Shown here: positions 52,108-64,000 of the stretch, one piece after another
How positions within the stretch are numbered: position 1 is the first letter of the stretch
How the letters are laid out: each line of letters opens with the position of its first letter
From: Protoeuglena noctilucae
Taxonomy: Eukaryota
Reading direction: 5' to 3'
Length of the DNA stretch: 64,000 nt
NCBI GenBank assembly: GCA_958009085.1
Contig: OY253669.1
Coordinates: 1-64,000 of the forward strand
Notes under the pieces: generated by a model
What the model was told of the DNA's origin: nothing
What the model saw: the letters and a program-made list of their open reading frames with translations, nothing else
Database searches by the model: none
Made by a program: the position numbers and the translations under genes

Positions 52108-55100
52108 GTGAGTGGGATAGGCAATGATGCGATTATGCGATGTATTACTATCGCCAATCGCCACGCACGCCTGCACCACTGTTACTCTGTAACGCATCCA
52201 CTTCCCACTCTCCCTCTCACCGCACTCCATCACTCTCCCACCAAGTGGCCCTGCATGTCATATCTCATCACGCACACCCCTCTCCCTCTCTCACTCACAA
52301 CACCCATCTGCCACTCACCGCACTCCATCAGGTCCAGCAAGTGGCCCTGCTCCTCCTCCGCACCGAACATCTTCATGATGCCCATGTCCTGGAGCACGTT
52401 CTGCAAACACACATACATGAGATGAAATGGTGAGCGTCATATAGCTGAGACACGCACGTGCGCACGCACGCATGCAAGCACGCACACTAATCGCAGACAA
52501 TCGATTAATGGACAGGACTGGCCCCATCACTCATGCAACCAATCACAACCCATCGATCGCCCCACCCCACTCCCACTCCACTCCCACCCACTCCCACCCC
52601 CATCCCTCACCCTATCCGTCCTCGCCTCCCTCATCAGCCGCGCCACCACCCCCCTCCCATTCCTGGTCGCGCGCCCCAGCAGCCGAATCGCCTTGGCCAC
52701 CCTCGCCACCGCCCTCTCCACCGTCAACGACTCGGCCCCTTGGCTACCCCCGGCTTCAGCTAACATGCCGGCATCGTCTAAAGTTCCTCCCGCCACCACG
52801 ATGACTGCCATGAGGTTGAAGAGGGGCATGAGCACGCTGCTGCTGCCCAGCATGTGGATGACCAAGCCGGACTGGGGGGGGGGGGGGGTTGGGGGTTGGG
52901 GTGAGGGGGGGATGAGTGGGGCGGGGTGGTGAGAGTGGGGTGAGAGTGGTAGATAAAGGGACAAGAGAGTGGGGTGGTAAGAGTGGGGTGAGAGTAGTGC
53001 AGACACACACATGCGGCATCCCGGCACCCACAAATCCCAACACACCCCCACATGCACACCCACACACACCCCCACACATTCACTCACCATGAGTATGAAC
53101 CCCGTGAAGGATATCCTGGCCACCTGGTGGCCCACGAAGTCCCCCGGGCAGTTGCCGAACGCGAGAGTCATCGCAATGCCATTTGAGTTGGATGCGAGGA
53201 TGTCGACCGTGTCGTCCTGAGGCTCGTAGCCGGCCATGTAGTGGGCGACCGAGTGGGAGATGCCGAACTGGGGATGAGAGGAATGGTGTTAGTATGGGGT
53301 GGGGTGGTGGGGTGGGTGGGGGTGATGGTGATGGGGGGTGTGGGGTGGCGGAGTGCGGGGGAGGGGCTGGTAAAAGTGTTGATTGGAAGTGAGCCAAGCC
53401 AAACTCATTCCCAGCCATCCTCTCTCTCTACGTCACCACACAAAACATATACGTCCAATATATACAAGCCTCACCTGTGGCTTGAAGATCTGGTATCGGT
53501 CTGCGGTGACCAGCCAGTCGCCCTTCTGGAGACTGCGGGGGGTGGAGAGGGGGAGGGGGGGAGTGGGTGAAAAGAGAGAGGTTGGATATGAACAGTGAGA
53601 GTAGTTGTGTGCGCCACCCAAGCACCACCCACGATCCGCTTGTAGCCAAAAGCGCGGTTTGCATGGCCACCCATGCAAACAGTGATTTTGCCTCGTAACA
53701 CTACAACTACTGCGTTGTCTGCTCAATCCAATTGCGTCCCTCACCGCACGGGCACGAAGCAGTCGGATGGGGTGGCGCCCTCCATGACCTCACGCGCGGC
53801 ACTGGCAAAGTCAGACTCTGTGAGTGGGTGGGGAGAGGGGGGAATGCGAATCGTCACATCGCGACTCGTAACAAGCTACTCTCCCACCTCTCTCTACACA
53901 TCGCCATCCATCATCCCGCACCCGTCGTCACGTGGCTCAAAAGCACCAGGTCTGCCACTCACATCACTACATCGTCCATTATCTCTCGTCTCTTATCCAC
54001 CATCCACCATCCACCATCTCACCCGTCGTCACGTGGCTGAGCACCAGTCAGCAACTCACATCGCATCACTTTATCATTATAATCCATTATCCATCACATA
54101 TCCCTCACCCGTCGTCACGTGGCTCAGCACCAGGTCCGCTGCCTTGGGCCCCCCCACCGCCCCCTGCCACGTCGCATGGATGGACGTCTGGGCCATCACC
54201 TGGGGGGGATGAGGGGATTGGTTATTTGAATAACCATACGTGATTCGGTGAGTTGATATGACAGCACGATTCGACTATGACGATACACACCACCACATGT
54301 GCCGATCACACATATGCGACAACCACACACCGATCCCCTAGTTTGCAACAAACCATCCATTCCTCACCTGCAGCACGGCCACCAGCAGGCTGGTGAACAG
54401 CAGGTTGACGTAGAGCAGCAGCACGTTGATGCCGTGGGTGGTCTTGACCTTGTCCTCCAGGCGACCGTGCACCGACGCCTGGGGGGGGGGGGGGGGGAGG
54501 AGGGGTGGGTGGGTGGGTGAGGTGAGGGGAGCGGTGTGGGTGATGGGGGTTGGTGCGGGTGATGGAGGGTGACGGCGGCGGTGGGGGTTTGAAGTTGATA
54601 GGGGCGGTAGGTGATGGGGTGGGTGCGTGTGACTGGGTTTGACCCGACAGGTCACGAGGCAACGGAGCTTGGCATTCCCTTCTTAACCACGCTCATCAAG
54701 CATGGGCCACGCTCATGCGAAGCCCCGCCCCCTCGCCTGCCAGCACTGCCAGCGGTAGATGTTTACTGGCACGCGGAAGAGGATGAACATGAGGAGGAAG
54801 TGGGTGATGAAGATGTGGCGCACGCGGGCCAAGCCCATCCACGACAGCCACGCCGACAGGGTACCGCTGCAATGGGGAGGGAGAGGCACATATAGGCATG
54901 TATAGACACTGACAGTCACGATGACAGGGTGCTGACAGGTGCCAATGCATGGGGGGAGTGATAAAAGCAGTCACTGGCACAGACACAGACAAGCATGGGC
55001 ACTGGCACTGTTGATCTGTGACAGCCACAGATGACCATGGCCTAGACACTGTGCGATACTAAGCATGAGCATGGGTTGTTGCTTGGCATCCCCCTCACCT

Positions 55101-55886
55101 CCGGAACGAGAGGGGGTCGAACCCGTTGGCCGTGAGCATGGTGGTGCCCACGTAGTACCCCAGCGTGGCCACGCAGTCGGCCAGGAGACCCACGTAGCGC
55201 GTCTGGCTGCGTAAGGGGGGGGGGGTGGGGGGGGGGGGGGGAGAGCGAGAGGGGTTGAATGGGGCAGATGAGTGGCAGGAGGGAGCACGAGGGGTTGGGT
55301 GGGGCAGATGGGAGCACCAGCTAGCGGCCCCTCCCATCTTTCGCTTGTAAACACACACAACTCCGACAGTCAGTCCCCTCTCCCCTCCCATCTCTCGCTT
55401 GCACCACACACAACTCCACCCGCTCCCTCCCCTCCCACCTCTCGCTTGTAACACACACAACTACTCCACCACACAGCTACCTCTCCCCTCCCCATCTCTC
55501 GCTCGTTGACACACACACACACCCCACTCCACTATCTCCCTTTCCCCTCCCCATCTCTGCCCTCGCCTGGAGTAGAAGTTGACCAGCCCCACCTCCTCGC
55601 ACATGGTCTGCGTGAGCGTGTCGATGAGCATCACCAGGATGAATGGGGAAGCGAAGGCAAAGGCGTCCTGGCTCACATTGGAGCTGCGGGGGAGGGGGAG
55701 CGGAGGTGGGCGGGCCGGCGGGCGGGGCAGAAGAGGGGCGGGGGCAATAGGGCGGCTACCCGCTCGCCTGGTGATCTCGACGCCGTCGTTGTTCCACCGC
55801 GAGTACGACGCGATGAGGAAGACGTCCACGACGGACAACATGCCCGCCAGCGCGCACTGCAAAAGCATCCACGCCTGCGAGCCCAT
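50399..55886 (-). CDS. Class I cyclic-nucleotide phosphodiesterase with N-terminal multi-pass membrane region (3' part lost at the gap)
   Basis: PYHCWRHAVDVTH, IGHDVHHRGVSNGFL, LAITYNDKSVQEMMH; several hydrophobic exons upstream. Confidence 0.82.
52062..52103. repeat. Compound (TG)n(AG)n microsatellite in an intron
   Basis: Read directly from the sequence. Confidence 0.95.
55328..55530. repeat. Degenerate intronic minisatellite (~45-60 bp unit, ~4 copies)
   Basis: Recurring CCCCTCCCATCTCTCGCTTG..ACACACAACTCC. Confidence 0.75.
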
Positions 55887-56900
55887 GACCTGGGGCACCT
55901 GCATGCAGGGTGGCCCACGCGCGCGCGTCGGGAGGGTCTCTGGGGAGGAAGGCTTCGCAGGAAGAACGCATGCTAAATGAACTCGTGAAAACAGCCGAAT
56001 CCCAAGGGTCAGGCCGCGCGCTCCTCCCGCGGGGGGCCGGAAGGGCGTCAAACGCCCGGGCAAGCGGGGGAGCTCGGTGGGACACCACGGGCGCTGCCGC
56101 GTCGCGAGCAGGATCTCGGAGAAAGGCCGCGCAATTCCCGAATGCGAGTCGCTTGAGGTGCGCAGCGCTGTCGCCCCGGGGCCACCACATTCCTCCGCAC
56201 AGCCACAATGCCGCAATGCGGGTTGGCGGGGCCCCATCCGCGCACGCTGGCAGGCAGAGGCACCGTCAACGACTACAGAGCCCAGGAAAAGCAGCGACCG
56301 ACCCCATAGGACGCCCTCGCCACGCGCAGCGCGGGGCAATGTTGGTCCTCGGCGCGCGACGAGGCCCGCCCTTGCGCTGTGCGACTAATGTCATCCATGC
56401 GTAAAAATGACACTGCACAAGCGCCCAGGCATTCACCAGAGGATGGACGGTGCCGTCGCCCCGGCGCCCCTCGAGGCCTTCGGGCGCAACTAGGCCCGTC
56501 ATGGTTCTAGAGCTACTTGTTCTGCTGCTGGGAAGGACAGGGGGGCCTGGGGCCCCGCACGGACGACGCAATCATCCGCAAGGCCGGTCCGGCTCGTCGC
56601 GGGGGTAAGTGTCGCCGCCCACTGCTTGCGCAGCATGCAAATCAATCAATTGAACGCGATGTCCAGGTGCAAGGGCGAATGGTTACCCCCAGGCGTCGCA
56701 AGCGCGCTGGCAATGACACGTCAGATTACACGGGACCGAGCACCTGTCGCCCGACTTTGACGCAGCCCTTCGCCGCACATGCACGAGCGTGCCTCCCCGC
56801 ACCGTTCCCAGGCAGAAGCTGACGGCTGATGCCCCATCTCTTGAACTCCCCAAGCGCGCCAGGCAGGCGCATGCGCACGCACGCATCTAAGCACCTGGCC

Positions 56901-59387
56901 TCACAGCCACCTCACGAATCCCGGCGGTGCCACCCAGGACGTCATGCCCGTCGCTTCCATGAAGTAGTACGTCCTCGTGGCGCCCGTCATGGGATCCGCG
57001 TGCTGCGTGCAATGGCAGAGAGAGGATCCAGTCTGCATGCAGCTGGAAGCCAAGGCACTACGTGCAGGCATCCAGTCACAAACACGTCAGCACATACACA
57101 GCGCCTGTTCGATAAACAAACGCGTCTCACCTCCACGATGCCCCAGAACATGCCGTGCGCGTCTTGCCCCCGCCCCACCACCCGAGGGGCCGGGGGCGCC
57201 CACCCTGCGCCCGACCCGCCCTCCTGAGCACCCTCTCCTTTCTCTCCCTTCTCCCCCTCAGTCCCCTTCTCTCCTTCAGCCCCCTTCTCCCCCTCCCCCT
57301 CCCCCGCCTTGTCCTCCCCACTCCCCGCCTCAGGCTCCGGCTGAAACGTCTCCTCTGGCATCCCCAGCCGCACACGCAGCGCCTTGTTCTCAAGCACGAT
57401 ACGCACCACCCGCCCCAGCGACACCGCCCCATCAGGAGCAAGCCGCTCCAACACGCGCAGTGCCCCCACGCACTCCTCCAGCGCACCCGCAGACGGAGGG
57501 GCACTCGACGCAGAGGGACCCGCCACCGCCACGTCCGCCGTGCCACCCTGCGCCGCCTCAGACCCCGCCCCACCCGCAGCGGCCTGCCCCTCGGCTCGGC
57601 TCTCGGTCACCGCACCCTCTGCCCTCCCGTCCGCCATTTCCACGTCGCCCGATGGCCCCGCATGCCCACCCGCGCCCGCACCCGGACCGGCAGCCCCCTC
57701 GACACCCGCTGTTGGATTCGCACCCCCCTCCGCCCCCGCCCCCGCCCCCGCACCCTCCCCCGCACTTGCAGCCCCCTGCTCCCCCTCCGCAGCCGCCAAG
57801 GCCGCCCGCAGCGCCGCTCCCAGATGCACGGCGCTGTCTCGATACGCCGCGACTTCCTCCTTCGCTTGCCTCAGCTGCAAGCGCAACGCACGGGGACAAG
57901 CAAATGGACTCCAGCTTATAAACTCTGGCTCATCAACACCAAGCCATGGCCAGGCGCCGCCTGGTATCCATGGTGACACATAATGACAGGAGCACAGCAA
58001 CAGCGGTCATAACATAACAACGCCGCCCCATTTCACTCCCGCGCACCTGCTCTTTGACGGTCTCCACCTCCCCCCTGAGCTCGGCGACTTCCCTCTCCCT
58101 CTTCCCCCTCTCCTCCGCCATGGCCCTGGCCTCCTCCCCCATCACGTCCAGCCTGCGCCGCTTGTGCGACAGCTCCCCCTCCACGCGCGCCACCTCCGCC
58201 TCGTGGTGCTTCCCCTCCGCCACCAGCTTGGCCACCTGCTTCATCGACTCCTGGAGCATGTGCTCCGCCGTCTGAAGCCTCTCCCGCGCCTCCTTGGCCT
58301 CCTGCTCCGCCTTCGCGGCTTTCCGCTGCTCGTCCTCCGCTCTCTTGGCCGCCTCTTTGACTGCACGCGTCTGCGCCTGTAGCTGCGCCTGGAAGTGCGC
58401 CAGGCGGCCCTCGCGGTCATCGCCATCCTCCGCAGGACTGCGAGAGATGCAACGGAGGTGAAATGGGGGCCGGGCGGGCGCAAGCGCGCGCGCAGGGGCC
58501 CGCCTCGCGTCGCGGGTCTCACCGTATCGACGTGGCCTTGCGGAGGGCCTCCTGCAGCGACTGCTTCTCGTCCAGGAGCTTCTTGTTCAACGCCGAGACG
58601 ACCTGGTGCTCCTTGAATAGCCGATTGTACTGGCTGCGGGAGGGGAGGGGTGACGTCCAATGATGCACGCAGCGGCCAGCCGTGCGCGGAGGGACGCGGC
58701 TGGCGATGGCCGGGGAGGACACGCAGCGCATGGGAAACACTTGATGCATCGCGAGCGGCGCCCGATCGGTCCGCGGGTCGGCGGGATCGAGGGAGGGACC
58801 CAAGGACGAGCACTGGGGACGCGCAGCCGCGTTGCCAAAAGCAGCGGCCCGTCACCTCTCCCACGAAGCGCCACGGTCTTGCTCCTCCCGACCATCCCTG
58901 CGCGCGGGAATGATTGGAAGCGCTCAGTACGAAGCAAAGGACCGCCGGAAGGCCGGAAGGCCCCGGTGCTCCAGCGCAGCGCTGCCGCCGCCAACCGGCG
59001 TGCCGTCAATGCCGGCGCAACCTCTCACTTTGTGCTTCTCGCAGCGGCCGACAGCTCGCGCTCCTTGGCCTCCAAGCGCTCTTCCATCTCCCGTTCCCAC
59101 TCCGCGCGTGCTCGCGCCATCGCGCCGTCCCGCTCCGCGATCTCGCGGTCCCGATCTGCGACCGCTTGCTCCAGTTTTCGCACTTGTGCCTCCAGCTCAC
59201 GCGTCCGCGCCTCCTGGTCCCGCACCCGCGCCTCGTCGGCCGCCCGCTCCTCGTGCATCGCCGCCATCGCCTGCTTCATAAGCTCCATGGCCTCCGCGCT
59301 GCGGGAAACCTCGTCCCGCAAATGCCGACTATCTTTCTTTGCCTTTATGAGCTCAGCCCCGATCTCGTAGAGCTTGTCCGATTCCAT
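56901..59387 (-). CDS. Long coiled-coil protein with C-terminal WW-like domain
   Basis: E/K/R/A-rich heptad exons; the last two exons splice to FWGIVEHADPMTGATRTYYFMEATGMTSWVAPPGF. Confidence 0.72.
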
Positions 59388-59620
59388 GGCTGATCACTAT
59401 CGCAAACGTCGCAGCCTGGATTCGAACCAAGTGGGCAGGTGCCGCTTGTTGGTCGCGGCGGCGTCGCACACAAGCTCTCCCCACCGTCACGCGCCAGTTG
59501 CTCCCCCTAAACTGCCACGAGTGGGATTCAAACGCCTGACGTCAGGCGTCAGGCCCGACCACGGTCGCCATCCCATCCCGTGCGCTGACTCCACCCTCCA
59601 ATGCACTCTCAGCTAGCGCG

Positions 59621-61080
59621 CTAGTACGGCCGCACCCACGTCTTCTCCCCCGTGTTTGCGTTGTAGTAGTAAACGCGCCCGTCCGGCACCCGCACCTCCT
59701 GCCACTCGGGCGCGGGGCGCGACACGGGCGGCGGGAGGCGCGGCTGCGGACCCGCGGTCGGCATCGGGTACCCCTGCGCCATCGACACGGGCGGCTGGTA
59801 CCCCGCCGGCCCATTCACGGCCCCCGGCACCCCCGGCACGGGGAAGGGACCGTACAACCCCGGAGCACCCTGCGGGCAAGGAGCGCGGGGGCGCTCGCGG
59901 ATCGCACGGGGGGACGGCGGTGTGCGCGGGGCGGCGCAGCGGCAGCACGCACCGGCGCCGGGATGGGCGCCATGGTGGCGGCCGGGCGGGGCGTCGGCCC
60001 CGGCATCCACGCCTGCTGCTGCGCCTGCTGCTGCGCCTGCTGTGCCTGCTGCTGTGCTTGTTGCGCCTGTTGATGTGCCTGCTGCTCCGCTTGCTGTGCC
60101 GCCTGCAGGTCCCTGGCCAGCTGCTCGCACTCGGCCGTCTTGGCCGAGATGGCCTGACGCAGCTCGTCCGCCTCCGCCCTGCGAAGCGACGTTTGAATAT
60201 ACGATTCATAAAAGGCTCGCTGCGTGCTTGTTTCGGGCCATGCGTCATCGCCAGGGCAGCGAGAGCATCTCATCCGTCGCCCAACCGTCACCGGACCGCG
60301 TCCCGCTCGCGCGCCACCGCCGCCAGCTCTGCCCGATGAGAGTCCGCAACTGCCCCTGAGATGAGCTTCACCAGCTCCTGCGAGGAGAGCGGAGGGATTG
60401 TCGTGGGATGCAGAAACGGGCACAAGAAGGAGACGGCCGGGCCGCTGCGGCAGCTTGCAGGCGCCGGCGGTCTCACGTTAACGTGACTGGCTATTTGCCT
60501 CCCATACTCGACGGCGTAGTCGACGTTCTCCTGATGCGTGTAGCCATCGACTGCCTGTGCAGGTCCCCCAGGCACTCCAGGCACTCCCGCTTGCATCCCG
60601 GGCCCCGGCATGGCCGGAGACATGCCCTGCAAAAGCCGATAAGTGGAAGCAATTTATCGCGAAGTTCCGAACGAAGGTGGGCGACCCTGCTGCCCACCCC
60701 TGCCCACGTGCCGCGCTTGCCCGTCCTCTGGCCCCTCTCGCCTGCATTGGTGGCCCGCCCATCCCCCCAGGAGGTACTCCGTGCGGCCCGTGCATGGGAT
60801 GCGGCCCCGGGACCCCATCGGGAACCCCGCCCCCATCGCCCTTCCCAAACCGCGGACCCTGGTAGCCTTGCCGATCGTAGTGCCCGGGCCCCGCCTGCGG
60901 TGGATCCCCATCCGCGCGCTGCCGGTACCCGTCGTTGGCTGCCGAATAGCCACCCCCGGGAGCCCCCTGGTTGCGCGAGGAGTCCTGGCCCTGGCCGCGT
61001 GGTGCGGACCCCTCAAACCGCGACCTGTGACCCCCCCGGGACGAGTCCGGCCGCCCGTCGTATTGAGGACGCTTACTCAT
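59621..61080 (-). CDS. G/P/Q-rich coiled-coil protein with C-terminal WW domain
   Basis: RG/GP-rich N-terminus, coiled coil, poly-QA tract, and PEWQEVRVPDGRVYYYNANTGEKTWVRPY*. Confidence 0.82.
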
Positions 61081-61829
61081 GCTAGAAATGGCCGGCCATC
61101 AGTTGTAAAACCGCCCCCCAGCGCCGCAGATCCGTAACGGTCTTTGTCAAGCCAGCGCCGGCGCAGGGTGAGCAATGCGGTGTGATGCACGAATGTTCAG
61201 TGACCCCTAGCCACCATTCTCTATGTCTCAGCCGTCGGACCATCGTGCCAGTGGCACCGCATCGTGGGCAGCTCGAAACCGTGGCCCGGGATCGTCGGGA
61301 GCTTGTCCTCGGTCGAAGCCTAGCTTGGTCAGGGGACCTTTGCTCGATATATACGCGGCTCGCCTCGACAGCGGACATCTGGGACATCTGAGCCCTTGTG
61401 CGTCACCAGGGAGGCGAACGCGCGGTCGGTGACCCAGTGACAAGCTAATTAGGTGAAACAGAGTACGTGGAGCTCGTCGAGCCCGTCCTCGGTGGCCCAG
61501 GCGAGCAAGTTGCCCGTATTTCGTCACAGCCGCGACAATCCGTGGCCAAAGCGTTCATCGAGGGCAGCGCCGATCCACGAGTGAAGCTCTTGGAAAGGGC
61601 GGCCGCATAGGAGCCATTTCCCTTGGCATGCTTCGCACCACACGGGCGCACGCTTGGAGCAGACTTTGCCGCGCGCCGACGCACCCGTTTCCACGCGCCA
61701 CCCTGCCCATGCGCAGGAGGCAGGACTCTGTGCAAGTGGTTCTCGTTTGGAGTCGCGCCTGTGCCGTGTTTGCAGGGCCCAACATTGGCGTGAGCACTGA
61801 GTTAAGTGGGGTGGGGGCTTCCCGGGACG

Positions 61830-64000
61830 ATGGGGTCAGAGGCGGATGTGGAGTTCGGTTTCGTGCCGTCCGGGGTCGTCTCCGACCTCAAGGACATTGG
61901 CAACTGGAAGGCGAGCTTGCGTATGTTTTGGTTCTCGCCCCTCCGCGCCCGCTCTCCGCGCTGTCCTGGGTCAACTAGGCTTTCCCTCGAGTTTAGACGC
62001 AATTTACCTACGACAACCCCGCTGCGCCTGACCCCGGGCCTTTCCGCACGCCCGCAGGTGCGCGCTGACGCCATCGAGCGTCTGCGGCAGGCCGCCGGGA
62101 CGCTGCAGACGGTGCGCGTGGTGCTCCCGTACCTGCCGGAGCTTCTCAACTTCCTCATGGGCCTCGTCATGGACCCCAACTTCAAGGCGAGGGCCGACGA
62201 GACCGCAAAGACATCGAGCGCAGCTCTCTCCCGCACCACCGCGCGCGACCTGTCCCCCGCCGCCCCGTCCGCAGATCAGTTTGACGGCGATGCAGATCCT
62301 GGGCCAGCTCATTGGCAAGCTGGGCCGCGCCGTGCAGCCCCACCTGGCCACGGTCATGCCCGTGCTGGTCGACAAGCTTTCCGACAACAAGATCGTCGTG
62401 CAGCAGGCGGACGTGAAGGCGAGCGATGCGAATTAGATGTCCTCAAGCGACAACCCAGCGCATAACGCCTCTCATGCAGCTGCGTCACGCCCCGCGCAAC
62501 ACGCTACTCGCATCCCCTCATGCCCGCATTTCACGCCCCGCATCTCCCTCGCGCCTCCCCAGGTCCTCCAGCGCATGCTCTCGAGTCTCTCCGCGGAGGT
62601 CGTCCTGCCGCACCTGGCCCAGGCCTTCCACGCCCGCCACGCCCGCGCACGCGAGGAGGCCGCCTGTTTGGTGTCGTACGCCCTCCTGTCCACGCCCCAG
62701 GGCCTCTCCGACGCCACCGATTGGGACGCCCTCGTCTTCGCGCTCTGTCTCCTCGTCGACGATCGCGAGAGCCGCGTCGCGGGGGCTGCGTTGGACGCCA
62801 TGGCGCTCTTGCAAAGGCGACTGGGGACCTCGCGACTGGCTGACGCCATCCACGCCGCCGCGCCCGGGGCCGCCGTGCTGCACCGCGTCACGGCGCGCCT
62901 CGCGGACCCCGCGCTCCCGGCGCTCTCGCCCTCCGGCGCCGTCGAGGGGACGTACGGGCGGGGCAGCTCGCGGGGCACGCCCGACAACGGCACGGCGGGG
63001 CTGGTGCCGGGCATCCTGGCCGCCACCGCCAGCGCCTCGGCCCGGCAGATAGCGGCGGAGCGCGTGGCGGGGGAAGGCGCGGGGTCGACGGCGGCGGCGG
63101 AGGGGGCGGCGTGGGGGGCGCGGACCGGGCGCCGGGGCCCTGCGAGCCCTCCCAATCCCGCACTCGGCCTGGCCACGGCGCCGCCGGGCACTGCGGGCGT
63201 CGGCACCCCCCGCGCCGGGCGCCGCGCAGGGATGGCAACCGCTGGGGCTCTCATGGGTGCGGGTGCGGGTGCGGGTGCGGGCGGCAACCCCCTCCTGTCC
63301 CCCCGCATGTCGCCCCCACGCGAGAACGCCAGGCGAGACGGATTGGGATGCGGATCGAGTTTTTGTGCAATCGCTACGCCAGTATTGCAACAAGCAACCC
63401 TGTGCATGACTTCCCATGCTTTTTTGCCTTTCACTCGCCACCCCAGCTGTACCCCATCTCGCCTGCTGCCCCATCTGGGTGACTTAGTTAGCCCCTCTCT
63501 CTCCTTTCCCTGACTCAGGTACCTGGGCGCGGGCGTCCGTGACTCCCTTAATGAGACGGCCGGCCCCCACGCCCTGCAGCTGCCGGCGCCCCAGTGGCCG
63601 GCCGAGGAGCCCCAGGGGCCCTACAGCCCCACGGGGATGGGCGATAACTATCCGAGCATGAATAACACCTCCTACCAGCACCACGCAGACGCCGTGGGGT
63701 CGCTGCCACGACTGCGGGCCAACGGCGGTGAGCGACAGCGGCCTCCTCTGGCACAGTCATCATCCAATACAGTTAGCCTCTATAATTGTGCTGCAAACAT
63801 AGAGACACTATCATTTTCACTGCTCCTGTGCCGCTATGCAGCACTCCTAGCAGAAAGACACATTTCTGCTACCAAAGCCCACCCAACGCACCCCACCAAC
63901 CACGCCCCCCCCTCGCTCCCTCCCTCGCAGGTACCGCCACCTTCACTGGCACCGCCCCCGACCCCCGCACCCCCCGCTCCCTCGCCGCCACCTCCTCGAC
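61830..64000 (+). CDS. TOGARAM1: TOG-array regulator of axonemal microtubules (crescerin/FAM179-like), 5' part
   Basis: FGFVPSGVVSDLKDIGNWKVRADAIERL, LVMDPNFKISLTAMQIL, DKLSDNKIVVQQ HEAT repeats of TOG1; the gene runs off the window. Confidence 0.8.

Noticed and set aside
53919..54135. CRISPR-like repeat-spacer array
   Set aside because: Only three degenerate copies derived from an exon end, in a eukaryotic intron, with no cas genes.

Overview
Left end of a chromosome from a GC-rich, intron-rich eukaryote, most likely a flagellated green alga. It has plant-type genes (NRS/ER, NHR2-like), ciliary genes (KATNIP, TOGARAM) and vertebrate-type (TTAGGG)n telomeres; the taxon is inferred, not proven. 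From the left: telomere array (1-~275), a tRNA-His plus a degenerate tRNA pointing toward the telomere, and a ~6 kb subtelomeric block with two tandem, diverged paralogues of an unfamiliar multi-exon gene. Each paralogue encodes a T5orf172/GIY-YIG-like nuclease domain, a Cys/His zinc finger and a helical C-terminus, and the two share intron positions. Then come densely packed housekeeping genes (TRM11, pirin, Kelch/FN3 protein, NHR2-like, RCC1-repeat, RRF, NUP93, NRS/ER, METTL21-like, CAP-G) and a pair of F-box/ankyrin genes flanking inverted EsV-1-7-like relics. The rest holds a DUF2064/TIGR04282 glycosyltransferase, KATNIP, a membrane-anchored PDE, two WW proteins and the 5' part of a TOGARAM-like gene. 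Window-wide peculiarities are about 20 GC-AG introns with G|GCGAG donors, copies of splice junctions echoed inside introns, and a probable mis-oriented contig or inversion at the second N-gap. All gene models were spliced by eye, so start codons and some exon edges are approximate.
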